A stretch of 43,401 nt of DNA from a virus (Duplodnaviria; Caudoviricetes): positions 1 through 43,401 of IMG/VR virus record IMGVR_UViG_3300025372_000018. One strand, 5' to 3'. The position numbers and the translations under genes were made by a program. The notes beneath the pieces are model-generated. The model worked only from the letters and a program-made list of their open reading frames with translations, was not told where the DNA came from and did not search any database. This document shows positions 1 to 8,761 of this stretch, one piece after another (positions within the stretch are counted from its first letter, which is position 1; each line of letters starts with the position of its first letter).

Positions 1-692
1 TTTGAAACAGCATTTACTAAAATTGAAAAACCGCTACCAGTAGACCCCAAAGAAGAACAAGACAATACATCACCAACAGCATAAAAATTACCGCCAAACT
101 TAAGGTTGCAAGAGACCACTGCACCTGAGGCAATAAGGATATCAGCAGTTGCATTAGCACCTGAACCTCCTGTTAAAGATACGTTTTGGTATATACCATT
201 GGTATATAAAGAACCACCTGTAATGTTTCCAAGAAGGGATATTTGACCTTGAACAATGGTTGGTGGGTAATAAAAATAATGTAATTCAGCGCTGTAGTTT
301 GTATCTGGTGTTGGACCTAAAATAAAAGATAGCTCATTATTATTGTTGTATTGCGTACCAAAAAGTGCGTAATACTGAGGCATACCAGTACTTGTTGGAT
401 TTGGATAAGACTGTCTAATAAAGTTAACGTCTTTGTTTAATAGATAACTGTAATTACCTGATGAATCAATTACAGCCAATGAATATGTTGATAAATAATC
501 TATAGGACAAGACAAATAACTATTTCCAGATGTCATGGTTCCAATAACATTTTTACGCAACGATGGTAATTGAACTGAGTTATATATACGCTCTTCAGCC
601 TCCATTACAAAGACTGGAATATTTGCCACGAACAACTGTTCGGTGTTCTCAGCGTAAGACTGGATATTGTTATATAACTGTTCGTAATTCAT
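1..692 (-). CDS. Phage head-tail adaptor/connector-like structural protein (runs off window start)
   Basis: Not in ORF track. ATG at 690-692 opens MNYEQLYNNIQSYAENTEQLFVANIPVFVMEAEERIYNSVQLPSLRKNV...; reads open toward base 1; N-terminus resembles adaptor proteins found downstream of capsid genes. Confidence 0.6.
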   Translation of the reverse strand, partial: MNYEQLYNNIQSYAENTEQLFVANIPVFVMEAEERIYNSVQLPSLRKNVIGTMTSGNSYLSCPIDYLSTYSLAVIDSSGNYSYLLNKDVNFIRQSYPNPTSTGMPQYYALFGTQYNNNNELSFILGPTPDTNYSAELHYFYYPPTIVQGQISLLGNITGGSLYTNGIYQNVSLTGGSGANATADILIASGAVVSCNLKFGGNFYAVGDVLSCSSLGSTGSGFSILVNAVS

Positions 693-703
693 AGGGTTTA
701 CAC

Positions 704-1027
704 TTAAGCCATAGGACCTCTAGACATACGACCTTTAGTAGCTGCACCAGCTCCACGCATTTCAATGCCAGACGTTTTTGGCTCTTTGGTTGTGCCATAG
801 CTAACACCGTTAGGAATAGGATCACGCAGATCTGCATCTTTTACAGATTTAGTAGTTGCATATGGAATATCATCTTCCATAGCTTGGAAGCTCTCTACTG
901 TGTATTTTTTGCCAGACATAGTATGCGGAGCAGCATAGTCAGATGCTGGTTTGTCATTTTTAGCATGACCAGTATGAACAGCTGGGCTATTCTTTTTGGT
1001 TGCTTTTACTGATTTATCGTATGCCAT
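704..1027 (-). CDS. Small basic virion-region protein
   Basis: 107 aa, C-terminal RGAGAATKG motif similar to neighbours; tight operon spacing. Confidence 0.7.
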   Translation of the reverse strand: MAYDKSVKATKKNSPAVHTGHAKNDKPASDYAAPHTMSGKKYTVESFQAMEDDIPYATTKSVKDADLRDPIPNGVSYGTTKEPKTSGIEMRGAGAATKGRMSRGPMA

Positions 1028-1029
1028 GA

Positions 1030-1224
1030 TTAACGACCTCTTCCAGAAGATTTTTGGTTCATTGCACGAGCCATGTTGCGACCTACCGCTTTCATAGCTT
1101 TACCTGTCACGCCACCTTTAGCCATTTTAGTCGGCTTCATGCCTGGGTGCATATGATGTTCATGTTTATGCACTTCTTTTTTTGCTTCTTTATCTGCAAT
1201 CTTAGTTACTTGCTTCTTGTCCAT
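1030..1224 (-). CDS. Small Lys/His-rich protein with MAKGG motif
   Basis: 64 aa; AGGAG SD upstream; VHKHEHHMH and KMAKGG. Confidence 0.75.
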   Translation of the reverse strand: MDKKQVTKIADKEAKKEVHKHEHHMHPGMKPTKMAKGGVTGKAMKAVGRNMARAMNQKSSGRGR

Positions 1225-1233
1225 TTTAAACTC

Positions 1234-1668
1234 CTAAGTTGTTGTAATGGTTACTGTACCGATTGTTATAACAGGAAGCAAGGAATTTGGAGTTAAATAA
1301 CTGTCAAAATAACTTGCCCCACCTACTGGGTTCCATCCCCATTGAATCTGTCTACTACCGTCTGTTGAATAACCTTGATTATCGATGTTATTCACATTTG
1401 GATCATAAGGATTAGTCATTAATCCATACGTTCCACCAGCGTAATAACTCACATCTGGGCGTGGCTCCCGTACAGCTTGTGGATCATTCACAGGATAAAG
1501 TCCAAGACTTAACTGTGGCTGATCTGGATCCCAGCACTCAGGACATACTTTAATGTTGTAAAGCTTGGTCTTGATAACTTCTTTTTTCAATTCCTTGAGC
1601 ATATATCGAAAACCACAACGATCACATTGTGCTATTGCCCATTTGCCAGATGAATACTTATTTGGCAT
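1234..1668 (-). CDS. Conserved phage protein with CxxC...CxxC zinc ribbon
   Basis: CDRC and CPEC motifs; start overlaps upstream stop. Confidence 0.75.
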   Translation of the reverse strand: MPNKYSSGKWAIAQCDRCGFRYMLKELKKEVIKTKLYNIKVCPECWDPDQPQLSLGLYPVNDPQAVREPRPDVSYYAGGTYGLMTNPYDPNVNNIDNQGYSTDGSRQIQWGWNPVGGASYFDSYLTPNSLLPVITIGTVTITTT

Positions 1669-1961
1669 TAGACGAACCTACCTTTTGTACGACCTTTTCT
1701 TTCTATGCCATGACCTCGAATAACACCGCCTTTTTTGCGGTTTAATGGACTGTCTGGGTTAAATGGATTATTAGATCCTGGAACATAACCAGCACCGCCA
1801 CCGCCTTTAGGAGAACTGCCTTTAGGTGTTTTATCGTAATACCCCATGTCCTTTAATCTTTCAGCATAGGTACGATCACGTTCAGCCTCTACTTTAGTTC
1901 TGTGTTCTTGAGCCATTTTAGAAGCTTCATCTATAGCTTTTTGTTCTTCAGGGGTAGGCAT
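1668..1961 (-). CDS. Small protein with C-terminal KKGG...RGHGIERKGRTKGRFV tail
   Basis: 97 aa, translationally coupled; tail resembles that of 3914..4765. Confidence 0.75.
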   Translation of the reverse strand: MPTPEEQKAIDEASKMAQEHRTKVEAERDRTYAERLKDMGYYDKTPKGSSPKGGGGAGYVPGSNNPFNPDSPLNRKKGGVIRGHGIERKGRTKGRFV

Positions 1962-2920
1962 TATCTTCCATGACCTCCGTAAAAAGACATCCTAGGAACA
2001 AAACGAATAGCTGCTTTTTCCCTATCTTCTTGGGAAGCTAAATCCCATTGTTCCATGTACTCAGCTTTGAGCATTGGGATTCTATTAGGGTCTACCCCAG
2101 GAATCTTGGATGACAAATAAAAAGCTAAACCAGCCACCATGCATGGGATGAATCTAAATGGAATGTCATTGGTATTAATACCAGTGCCAGCATCCTGAAT
2201 CCTACGCATACGCCAGTAGACGAATGTGTATTGGCTGCCTGGAGAGTTAGGAGTGGGCCAGACGTTAATACAAGGCAGATTAACCACGCTAATCGAAGCT
2301 CCAGTCGCATGAGCAGCTGGGGTAGTACCATTCTGACCACGATAGCAATTTAACAGCTGTGGAGCCGTTGTAGAGACATTTGGGTAGTAAATGATCTCAC
2401 TGCCAATCTGGATGTAGCCAGTGGCTGCTAAACCTGTCATATCAGACTGACTTAACTGAATAGTAGTGTCGGTAGCACTAATACCAGTTGTAGAACCATT
2501 ACCGTATAAGGTGTAATTGGTAGGGTTGTTTTGTCCAGACTGGCGGTTAATCCATACTTGAATAGGTCTTCCTTGAGCCAATTTATTAGGCAAAGTCGAG
2601 TAAGTGTCCTCGGAAATGCGACTAATATTGATATCTATCTGGTTTTGCAAAGTACCAGTTCGGATAACTTGGCTTAATAAGTCGATGGTATCTATTGGCA
2701 AAGGGTAGGTAATCTGTCCAGTAACCATAGGAATTTGACCTTCTTGGATAGTCCAAAGGTTAATTCCACGGTTTGCCCATTCGACTGTTAAAAGATTTAA
2801 AGACCGTCTAGCTGTCCTAAAATCATAACCAGTTCTAAGTTCGACACCGCACCTCTCAAACGCCTCTTCAATGAGGTCGTTCATGTTTAGGTCAAATACG
2901 GATGTCCCTGAAGTAGCCAT
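1961..2920 (-). CDS. Head-tail adaptor / tail tubular protein-like structural protein
   Basis: 319 aa; LIEEAFERCG...ARRSLNLL N-terminus, VWPTP and C-terminal helices typical of adaptor proteins; position in morphogenesis operon. Confidence 0.6.
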   Translation of the reverse strand: MATSGTSVFDLNMNDLIEEAFERCGVELRTGYDFRTARRSLNLLTVEWANRGINLWTIQEGQIPMVTGQITYPLPIDTIDLLSQVIRTGTLQNQIDINISRISEDTYSTLPNKLAQGRPIQVWINRQSGQNNPTNYTLYGNGSTTGISATDTTIQLSQSDMTGLAATGYIQIGSEIIYYPNVSTTAPQLLNCYRGQNGTTPAAHATGASISVVNLPCINVWPTPNSPGSQYTFVYWRMRRIQDAGTGINTNDIPFRFIPCMVAGLAFYLSSKIPGVDPNRIPMLKAEYMEQWDLASQEDREKAAIRFVPRMSFYGGHGR

Positions 2921-3099
2921 TATTTATGCTTAAAGCCTTTAAGAGTTTCTGCTAAACGAGCACGTTGACCTAGCTTGCCAGGTTTTTTAGCAGCAGCAGC
3001 CAGTTTTTTCTCAGGGATAGTATGTCCTTCTTTTACTCCCAAAGCCTTACGCAACGCACCAGCTTTTTTGATAGCGTGTTGAATCCATTTTTCTGCCAT
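2920..3099 (-). CDS. Small highly basic protein (59 aa)
   Basis: Below ORF-track cutoff: MAEKWIQHAIKKAGALRKALGVKEGHTIPEKKLAAAAKKPGKLGQRARLAETLKGFKHK; fills the gap exactly, TAATG coupling to next gene. Confidence 0.8.
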   Translation of the reverse strand: MAEKWIQHAIKKAGALRKALGVKEGHTIPEKKLAAAAKKPGKLGQRARLAETLKGFKHK

Positions 3100-3101
3100 G
3101 A

Positions 3102-3437
3102 TTAACTCGCAACATTTTGTTCTGGATCAATAGGAGCAGTAATTTCAACGGTTGCAGATGCTGGTTCTTCAACATTGATAGTTACGCTGGCTGGTGCTTC
3201 TACAGGAGCAGCTTCAACAGCAGGAGATGCTTCAGCTACGGGAGCAACTTGTACAGGTTCTGGTGCTGGAACTAAAGAAGCAGCAAAAGATGTTACCACT
3301 GGGGAATCTGAGAATCCCAAAGCTACTTTTTCACTTGCCAAATACGCAGCAAATTCGTTTAACAATTTGTGCTCTTCACCTTCCACTGCATGACCAGCAC
3401 TTTTTACATAATTTACTACTTTTTCAAATAAGTTCAT
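3102..3437 (-). CDS. Hypothetical protein with Ala/Pro/Glu-rich C-terminal tail
   Basis: 111 aa, ATGA overlap with upstream gene. Confidence 0.65.
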   Translation of the reverse strand: MNLFEKVVNYVKSAGHAVEGEEHKLLNEFAAYLASEKVALGFSDSPVVTSFAASLVPAPEPVQVAPVAEASPAVEAAPVEAPASVTINVEEPASATVEITAPIDPEQNVAS

Positions 3438-3697
3438 TTTTTCTTCCTTGCAGCTCGTAAGTTATCGACTAAATTAGGATAAGGTCTTCCAGCTGCTTTA
3501 GCCATTGCTTTCGCACTAGCTTTTTTAGCTGAAGACAATTTCTTTGGTTTCCCAAGGTCTTTTGGTCTTGGTTTATCCCAAACTTGCCCACCTTTGGCAT
3601 AAAACTCAACAGCATCAGGATTATCTTTTCTTTGGATAATCTTTTTGCGTGGCATCTTAGATGGGTTAACTGCTCCCATCCCTCGGCTGGCTCTCAT
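3434..3697 (-). CDS. Small basic protein (YAKGG; AGRPYPNLVDN)
   Basis: 87 aa, Lys/Arg-rich, coupled on both sides. Confidence 0.75.
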   Translation of the reverse strand: MRASRGMGAVNPSKMPRKKIIQRKDNPDAVEFYAKGGQVWDKPRPKDLGKPKKLSSAKKASAKAMAKAAGRPYPNLVDNLRAARKKK

Positions 3698-3900
3698 TAC
3701 TTATGAGCGTGACCGCCACCGCACATTGCTTCAACGTGCTCGTGGTGATGTTTGTGACCATGCATACCGCCATCATGCTCTTTTAAATGCTTTTCGTGAG
3801 CGTGATGTTTGTGGATATGACCGCCATGAGCATGACCACCATCATGTTCTTTCAAATGATGCTCAATATGCTCGTGATGTTTTTTGTGTCCGTGTGACAT
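3697..3900 (-). CDS. Histidine-rich small protein
   Basis: 25 His in 67 aa, HLKEHDGG twice; AGGAG SD upstream. Confidence 0.75.
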   Translation of the reverse strand: MSHGHKKHHEHIEHHLKEHDGGHAHGGHIHKHHAHEKHLKEHDGGMHGHKHHHEHVEAMCGGGHAHK

Positions 3901-3913
3901 AAATTTCTCCTAA

Positions 3914-4765
3914 TTAACAGTATTTGGTTTTTGTATGACCACGTTTAGCAATGCCATCAGCACGGCTAGATGTAGAACCACCATGAGCCATTTTCTTAAT
4001 ATGACCACCATGTTTTTTACCAGAAATAGAACCAGATGTGCCAATAGTGTTGTCACCATCGTTATGCATCTTTGGTTTGCGATCTTCGGTATGACCACGT
4101 TTTTGAACTTTTGATTCGCCAAAACGACCAAGTTTGTTAGAACCAGCTTCAACATCATGCTTCATGTTGCGTGAACCCATAGTTTCTTTTTCTTTCATAT
4201 GACCACGAGGCTCTGTGCTGGCTTCACGTTTAATAGCACCACCCATTGCATATTTCTTCATATGGGCTTTGCCACCATGACGCATACCAGCTGCTTCGTG
4301 CTCTTCTTCTTTAGCAAGTTTACGAAGTTCTTTAGCCTGGTGCATTTCATGTTCTTTTTCAGCATGAGCATGACCACCTTTAGCCATTTTTTTGGTGTGA
4401 TGACCTTCATGCTCTTTCATATGGTGTTCAGCCATCGCTAAATGGTGATGAGCTAAATGTTTATGATGCTCTTTAGATAGACCACCGTGTTTCATGCCTG
4501 GAGCACCTGGCATTGGAGCTGGACCTGCTGGAGCAGCCATTGGAGCAGCGGCTGGAGAAGGCATAGCACGGGCAGCCATCATTGCCATTGCTGGGTTTAC
4601 GCTACGTTTTTTCATGTTGATTCCACCTTTTTTAAAATGTTTGCCTTTATCGGCTTTTGCAAAATCCTCACCTACCGATTGAGGAACTCCTACTTTTTTG
4701 GCAAAAGCCTTGTTGTGGGCTACTGCCTCCATAAAATCATGCTGTCGTTTGGACTTACTTGGCAT
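3914..4765 (-). CDS. Lys/His-rich low-complexity protein with repeated xxxGG motifs
   Basis: 283 aa; FKKGG, MKHGG, MAKGG, MRHGG, YAMGG, KKHGG, MAHGG; ends RADGIAKRGHTKTKYC. Confidence 0.8.
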   Translation of the reverse strand: MPSKSKRQHDFMEAVAHNKAFAKKVGVPQSVGEDFAKADKGKHFKKGGINMKKRSVNPAMAMMAARAMPSPAAAPMAAPAGPAPMPGAPGMKHGGLSKEHHKHLAHHHLAMAEHHMKEHEGHHTKKMAKGGHAHAEKEHEMHQAKELRKLAKEEEHEAAGMRHGGKAHMKKYAMGGAIKREASTEPRGHMKEKETMGSRNMKHDVEAGSNKLGRFGESKVQKRGHTEDRKPKMHNDGDNTIGTSGSISGKKHGGHIKKMAHGGSTSSRADGIAKRGHTKTKYC

Positions 4766-5004
4766 TATTTATGTCCTTCAATAAACCTGTCAAGCTTTGC
4801 TTCAATTCGGTCAAAGCGGTTGATAATTTGGTCCATATCGCTGCGAACTTCGATTTTAGTAATGTAATCACGAGCTATCTCCTCACGAGTTTTATTCAAA
4901 AGGATGCCTTGACGTGCAAGCTCATCAGCTTTCTCTTTAAGCACAAAGCTCACGATAGCACCTAAAACATATGCTACTACAGTTAATATCTCGAATATGG
5001 ACAT
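4765..5004 (-). CDS. Small membrane protein, N-terminal TM helix plus coiled coil (possible holin-like)
   Basis: Hydrophobic ILTVVAYVLGAIVSFVL followed by FDRIEAKLDRF. Confidence 0.6.
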   Translation of the reverse strand: MSIFEILTVVAYVLGAIVSFVLKEKADELARQGILLNKTREEIARDYITKIEVRSDMDQIINRFDRIEAKLDRFIEGHK

Positions 5005-5271
5005 TTAACATTTCCATTTTCTTAAACTCTTATTAATTCTACTATCTGGATCTTTAGCTGTTTTTTCTGATGTTAACTTAGACTTCATGCCTTCCATACG
5101 AGAACAGAATGATTTTTTTCTAGAGCCACCTTCTGGTTGAGGAGGCTTTAGATTCGAGCCAGTAGCCGCATTATACTTAGCACGACCTTTGGCGGTAAGC
5201 CCAGCGCCCTTAGATACAGGCAGCTTTTCACCACGACCAATCGCAAGAGAAGGTCCTTTTTTCTTAGCCAT
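5005..5271 (-). CDS. Small basic conserved phage protein (DUF6321-like)
   Basis: Likely start MAKKKGPSL at 5271; motifs GLTAKGRAKYN, RKKSFCSRM, SRINKSLRKWKC. Confidence 0.65.
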   Translation of the reverse strand: MAKKKGPSLAIGRGEKLPVSKGAGLTAKGRAKYNAATGSNLKPPQPEGGSRKKSFCSRMEGMKSKLTSEKTAKDPDSRINKSLRKWKC

Positions 5272-5551
5272 AAGTAATTGATATTGCACTTAATGTTGCG
5301 CCAACAACGTAAATACCGTTATAACAAAGAATACCTTCACCAGGAAGTAATACTTGAAATGGTTGAACGGCTGTAGAAAACTTAAACTGATACACAATAG
5401 CACCATTAGTGTCTGTGCCATCATAAATAGTAAAAGTACCACCTGTACCATTACCAATAAAAACAATAGATTTTAAGCGAGTTCTACCTGTATATAGTTG
5501 CGCAGGTAAAGTACCAGCATATGCCGACTTGACGTCATATTGCATTGTCAT
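5264..5551 (-). CDS. Small beta-rich virion protein
   Basis: 95 aa; LPGEGILC motif; AGGAG SD. Confidence 0.65.
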   Translation of the reverse strand: MTMQYDVKSAYAGTLPAQLYTGRTRLKSIVFIGNGTGGTFTIYDGTDTNGAIVYQFKFSTAVQPFQVLLPGEGILCYNGIYVVGATLSAISITYG

Positions 5552-5607
5552 AATTAATCTCCTAAAGTTTAAAAGGAGGTAGGGTTTGTACTACCCCCGA
5601 AGATTAA

Positions 5608-6318
5608 TTAGTCAAAGTTACCGTATGGGTAAGTTGTACTTGTACCAATGTTCATATCATTCTGGTTGTAACGAATTGTTACTTCAACTTGACCAGAAGA
5701 CAGACCAGCAACAGATGTAGTCATACCCAAAGTTACAACTACTTGGCTAAACCATGAAGGCTGTTGACCAGGTTGTAAGTTTTGGAAATCTTGCAAAGTA
5801 GCGTTGCTATTGGTTAACTGTGAACCAACATAAGTTGCTGTGTAACGCTGTGTAGCTGGACTAGAGATGTTAGCAAATGTTGCATAAACACCAGTAGATG
5901 TTGCAAAGTTGTTAGAAACATATGGTTGGATCGCAGTTACTGCCAAAGGTGTACCAGCGCTATCTTTAGGAACTGTACCAATATCAAGGATAATGTCAGT
6001 GATATTGCAGCTATATGGTAGATAGAACACTGCGCCACGATAAACAAGAGTTGTTGCATCAGCTGTTGGAGCAGATGCTTTAGTAGGACCGTTTGTGCTA
6101 TATACACCAGATTGTGGGGTGTAAATAGTTGCAGCACTGTTTGGAATGTTATTTGAAGCTACAAATTGACCAGAACCACCACCATAGTTAGCACCAGGTG
6201 CAGTTACTGAAAAATCTAAAAGTGCGGTTTGAACGAGGTCTGTATAACCAACGTCACGTTGTGGACCAAAACGATTATCACCCGATAAAATCGGACCATC
6301 AAATGTACTGCGACCCAT
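5608..6318 (-). CDS. Virion structural protein downstream of capsid (decoration/fibre-like)
   Basis: Start refined to MGRSTFDGPI (ATG 6316-6318) behind AAGGAG; Thr/Ser/Gly-rich. Confidence 0.65.
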   Translation of the reverse strand: MGRSTFDGPILSGDNRFGPQRDVGYTDLVQTALLDFSVTAPGANYGGGSGQFVASNNIPNSAATIYTPQSGVYSTNGPTKASAPTADATTLVYRGAVFYLPYSCNITDIILDIGTVPKDSAGTPLAVTAIQPYVSNNFATSTGVYATFANISSPATQRYTATYVGSQLTNSNATLQDFQNLQPGQQPSWFSQVVVTLGMTTSVAGLSSGQVEVTIRYNQNDMNIGTSTTYPYGNFD

Positions 6319-6319
6319 A

Positions 6320-6402
6320 ATAGGCTCCTTATGCAAAAGTACTTATGCCGATCTTTGCATCGTCTGCTGGGGCAGTGGTGGCATAAGTGAATCACCCAGA
6401 TA
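6320..6402 (-). ncRNA. Structured leader RNA with two potential pseudoknots (resembles, from memory, the Polynucleobacter-1 RNA motif)
   Basis: 9-bp stem ACUUAUGCC/GGCAUAAGU enclosing CUGC-CCCA-GCAG; upstream CUGGG complementary to CCCAG; loop AUGCAAA complementary to UUUGCAU abutting the SD. Confidence 0.6.
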
Positions 6403-6407
6403 TAACA

Positions 6408-6435
6408 AGTTTACTACTTTATACAGTTTGTGCAA
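6408..6435 (-). promoter_or_regulatory. Sigma70-like promoter for the leader RNA
   Basis: TTGCAC-16 nt-TAAACT just downstream of the capsid terminator. Confidence 0.45.
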
Positions 6436-6444
6436 TCTTTTTTC

Positions 6445-6476
6445 AAAAAAAATCCCCAGTTTTTTAGGCTGGGGAT
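6445..6476 (-). terminator. Rho-independent terminator after major capsid gene
   Basis: ATCCCCAG-9 nt-CTGGGGAT followed by a T run on the minus strand. Confidence 0.85.
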
Positions 6477-6494
6477 CAAACTCCTCACGAGAGT

Positions 6495-7397
6495 TTAGTA
6501 TGAACCGTAAACACCTAATGGATCAGAAACACCAAAAGAATAACGCTCACGAGACTTGTATCTTACGTTACCAGTATCGAAGTCGCCATCCATAGAGTTC
6601 TGGAGTGGTGTACGAACAAACATCTTCAAACCGTTTGGAACATCAGTGGTCAAGAACCATGCGTTGGTTGCGGTCAAGAAGTGGTTAATTGCGTAACCTT
6701 CTGGAACTGCACCATTGTTCTTAATTGCATTGATGTCGTTGTTGTTTGTACCAACACGCAATTCAGTTTCAAGCAAACGAGTTGCAACGAACTGTAATGC
6801 AGGTGGAATAATCAACTTCTTCGGTTTTGCAGCGATCAACAGACCACGTTCATCTGTCCAAGCAGCGATTTGAATAACAGCGTTTTCCAGCGCAGTTTCG
6901 TTCAAGTCAGCAGGAGTAGATGGAGTGTTGGCGTTAGTACCACCAGAAATCAAAGGATGTGCAGTAGAGAACAAAGGCTGACCGTCACCATAGGTGAACT
7001 GGCTATTAAAACCGTTATTCAATACAGCAGCAGCTTTAACCTGTTTGGTGTAAGCCATAGCACGAGCCAAAGCCTTGGTATAGCGACCAGATAACGAGTC
7101 ATACAAGTTATCTTCGATTGCCTCTTCAGTCAAACTGAAGCCCAAAGCGATAGTTTCATGGTTGTAACGAGCTGTCCATGCTTCTTGTCCGTTGTCATAA
7201 GCGATGGCTTGGCCTTCGTTTTTGACTGGAGCAGCTGAAAAGCCTGACAGTTTTGTTTCTTCTTCAAAAGAACGCTCAGAGGTCTCGATTTCATAGATCT
7301 CTTTGTGTTCTTCACCGTAACGAGCATACTCAAGACCAAACAGGGCGTTTAATCCAGGTAATAGCTCTTTTAGTAGTTGTGCACGAGAAATAGCCAT
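6495..7397 (-). CDS. Major capsid protein (HK97 fold, Mu gpT-like)
   Basis: 300 aa MAISRAQLLKELLPGLNALFGLEY...YKSRERYSFGVSDPLG; AAGGAG SD; followed by terminator. Confidence 0.9.
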   Translation of the reverse strand: MAISRAQLLKELLPGLNALFGLEYARYGEEHKEIYEIETSERSFEEETKLSGFSAAPVKNEGQAIAYDNGQEAWTARYNHETIALGFSLTEEAIEDNLYDSLSGRYTKALARAMAYTKQVKAAAVLNNGFNSQFTYGDGQPLFSTAHPLISGGTNANTPSTPADLNETALENAVIQIAAWTDERGLLIAAKPKKLIIPPALQFVATRLLETELRVGTNNNDINAIKNNGAVPEGYAINHFLTATNAWFLTTDVPNGLKMFVRTPLQNSMDGDFDTGNVRYKSRERYSFGVSDPLGVYGSY

Positions 7398-7412
7398 TTA
7401 AATGCTCCTTAA

Positions 7413-8291
7413 TTAAACACCATTGGCATTGAAGTAGCTGTGGTAACCGAAGTTCCAAGTTACTAATGCTTCTGGGTAGCCAGTGAAAGAAAACTGTGCA
7501 GCTGTCGACTGAGCTGTTGTTACAGCTGTGTTGATAGTTACAGTAGTGCCGTTTACAGTTGTTACATAGGTATTGGAACCAGCAGTAATGCCAGGACCAG
7601 AAATAACCATACCTGGGAGGATTGCAGTGTTAGCAGCAGATAAAGTGATCGTTGTGCTAGAAGATGTAGCATTTTGGGTCACTGTAACAGCTGAAGCAGG
7701 TACAACGCCTACGATACGGAAAGGAGCCGATGTAGTCAAAGGTGTAATCGCTGATGTGCTTGTGGCAGCAGCAGAGATTGCAATACCAGCAGATGAATCG
7801 CCAGTAGTTGTCGAACCAGTGTTACCAGCAGCAGCACCAATGTAATAAGCATTAGAACCAACGAAAGCTGGGTTTAGGTATTGAATGGTTGTAGAACCAC
7901 CAGTACCAGCTGGGTTAGACAAACAAACTGCTTGGAAAACAGCTTGAGGATCATCAACAACATAACCAATAGCATCTGGAGCTGTTGTAGAAGCTTGCCA
8001 GAACTGATAACGATTTTTACCGTAGATTGGACCACCAGTTGTTGAATACTCGCAACCAACAAACACGCCAATTGTGCCGTTAACAGCAGAAGAAGCATTG
8101 TATGCCAATGTTGAAGATACTAAGTTACCAATGTTTGCACCAGTACCAATTGCTACAACGTCACCGTTGAACAAGCTAGTACTGTAACCGTTGGTGATAG
8201 GGAACATACGGGTAGAACCCGCAAATACACGACCACCAATAAGGTTAACTGGCTTTAGCCCGTAAGGGGCTGCTACTGTAGGATAAGCCAT
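7413..8291 (-). CDS. Capsid decoration/minor structural protein
   Basis: 292 aa Ala/Thr/Gly-rich, PYGLKPV N-terminus, immediately upstream of MCP. Confidence 0.6.
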   Translation of the reverse strand: MAYPTVAAPYGLKPVNLIGGRVFAGSTRMFPITNGYSTSLFNGDVVAIGTGANIGNLVSSTLAYNASSAVNGTIGVFVGCEYSTTGGPIYGKNRYQFWQASTTAPDAIGYVVDDPQAVFQAVCLSNPAGTGGSTTIQYLNPAFVGSNAYYIGAAAGNTGSTTTGDSSAGIAISAAATSTSAITPLTTSAPFRIVGVVPASAVTVTQNATSSSTTITLSAANTAILPGMVISGPGITAGSNTYVTTVNGTTVTINTAVTTAQSTAAQFSFTGYPEALVTWNFGYHSYFNANGV

Positions 8292-8308
8292 ATAAATCTC
8301 CTAATAAG

Positions 8309-8761
8309 TTAAGAACCTTTACCAAATGACACTGTAGACTTCCGTTCTTGGAACAGAGGCATACGAGAATCGCTTTGCCGTAAAAAACTATTGTCTACTG
8401 CTTCTGCATTTTTTTGGGTTTGGTTAGCCTCATAATCCATCCTTGCCTTCACAAATTCCTCAGGAATTTTGCATAACAGTAAACCACCGATTTCGATATT
8501 GTCTTTGTATCGACTATCTGGATCGGTCAACATTCCATATTTCGGTTGCTCTTCAGCTCTGACTGCTTCCCAGCCTTCTCTTAGTTTGGAAGATAAGTTG
8601 CGAGGGTCAGCGTTGTTAAGCATCGAAACCCTAACCCAGCGATAAGCATAACCTGCTTGCTTGTCTGGTTCAGGTAACAACTCAGGGGGTTTCCACGCCA
8701 TAGGGCGAGCCTCTTGTTGTCTTGTTTCAATTTCACGGGGGGTACGATTGTTATTAGCCAT
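8309..8761 (-). CDS. Conserved head-module protein
   Basis: 150 aa YRWVR...LREGWE...GGLLLCKIP, between scaffold and capsid genes. Confidence 0.7.
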   Translation of the reverse strand: MANNNRTPREIETRQQEARPMAWKPPELLPEPDKQAGYAYRWVRVSMLNNADPRNLSSKLREGWEAVRAEEQPKYGMLTDPDSRYKDNIEIGGLLLCKIPEEFVKARMDYEANQTQKNAEAVDNSFLRQSDSRMPLFQERKSTVSFGKGS

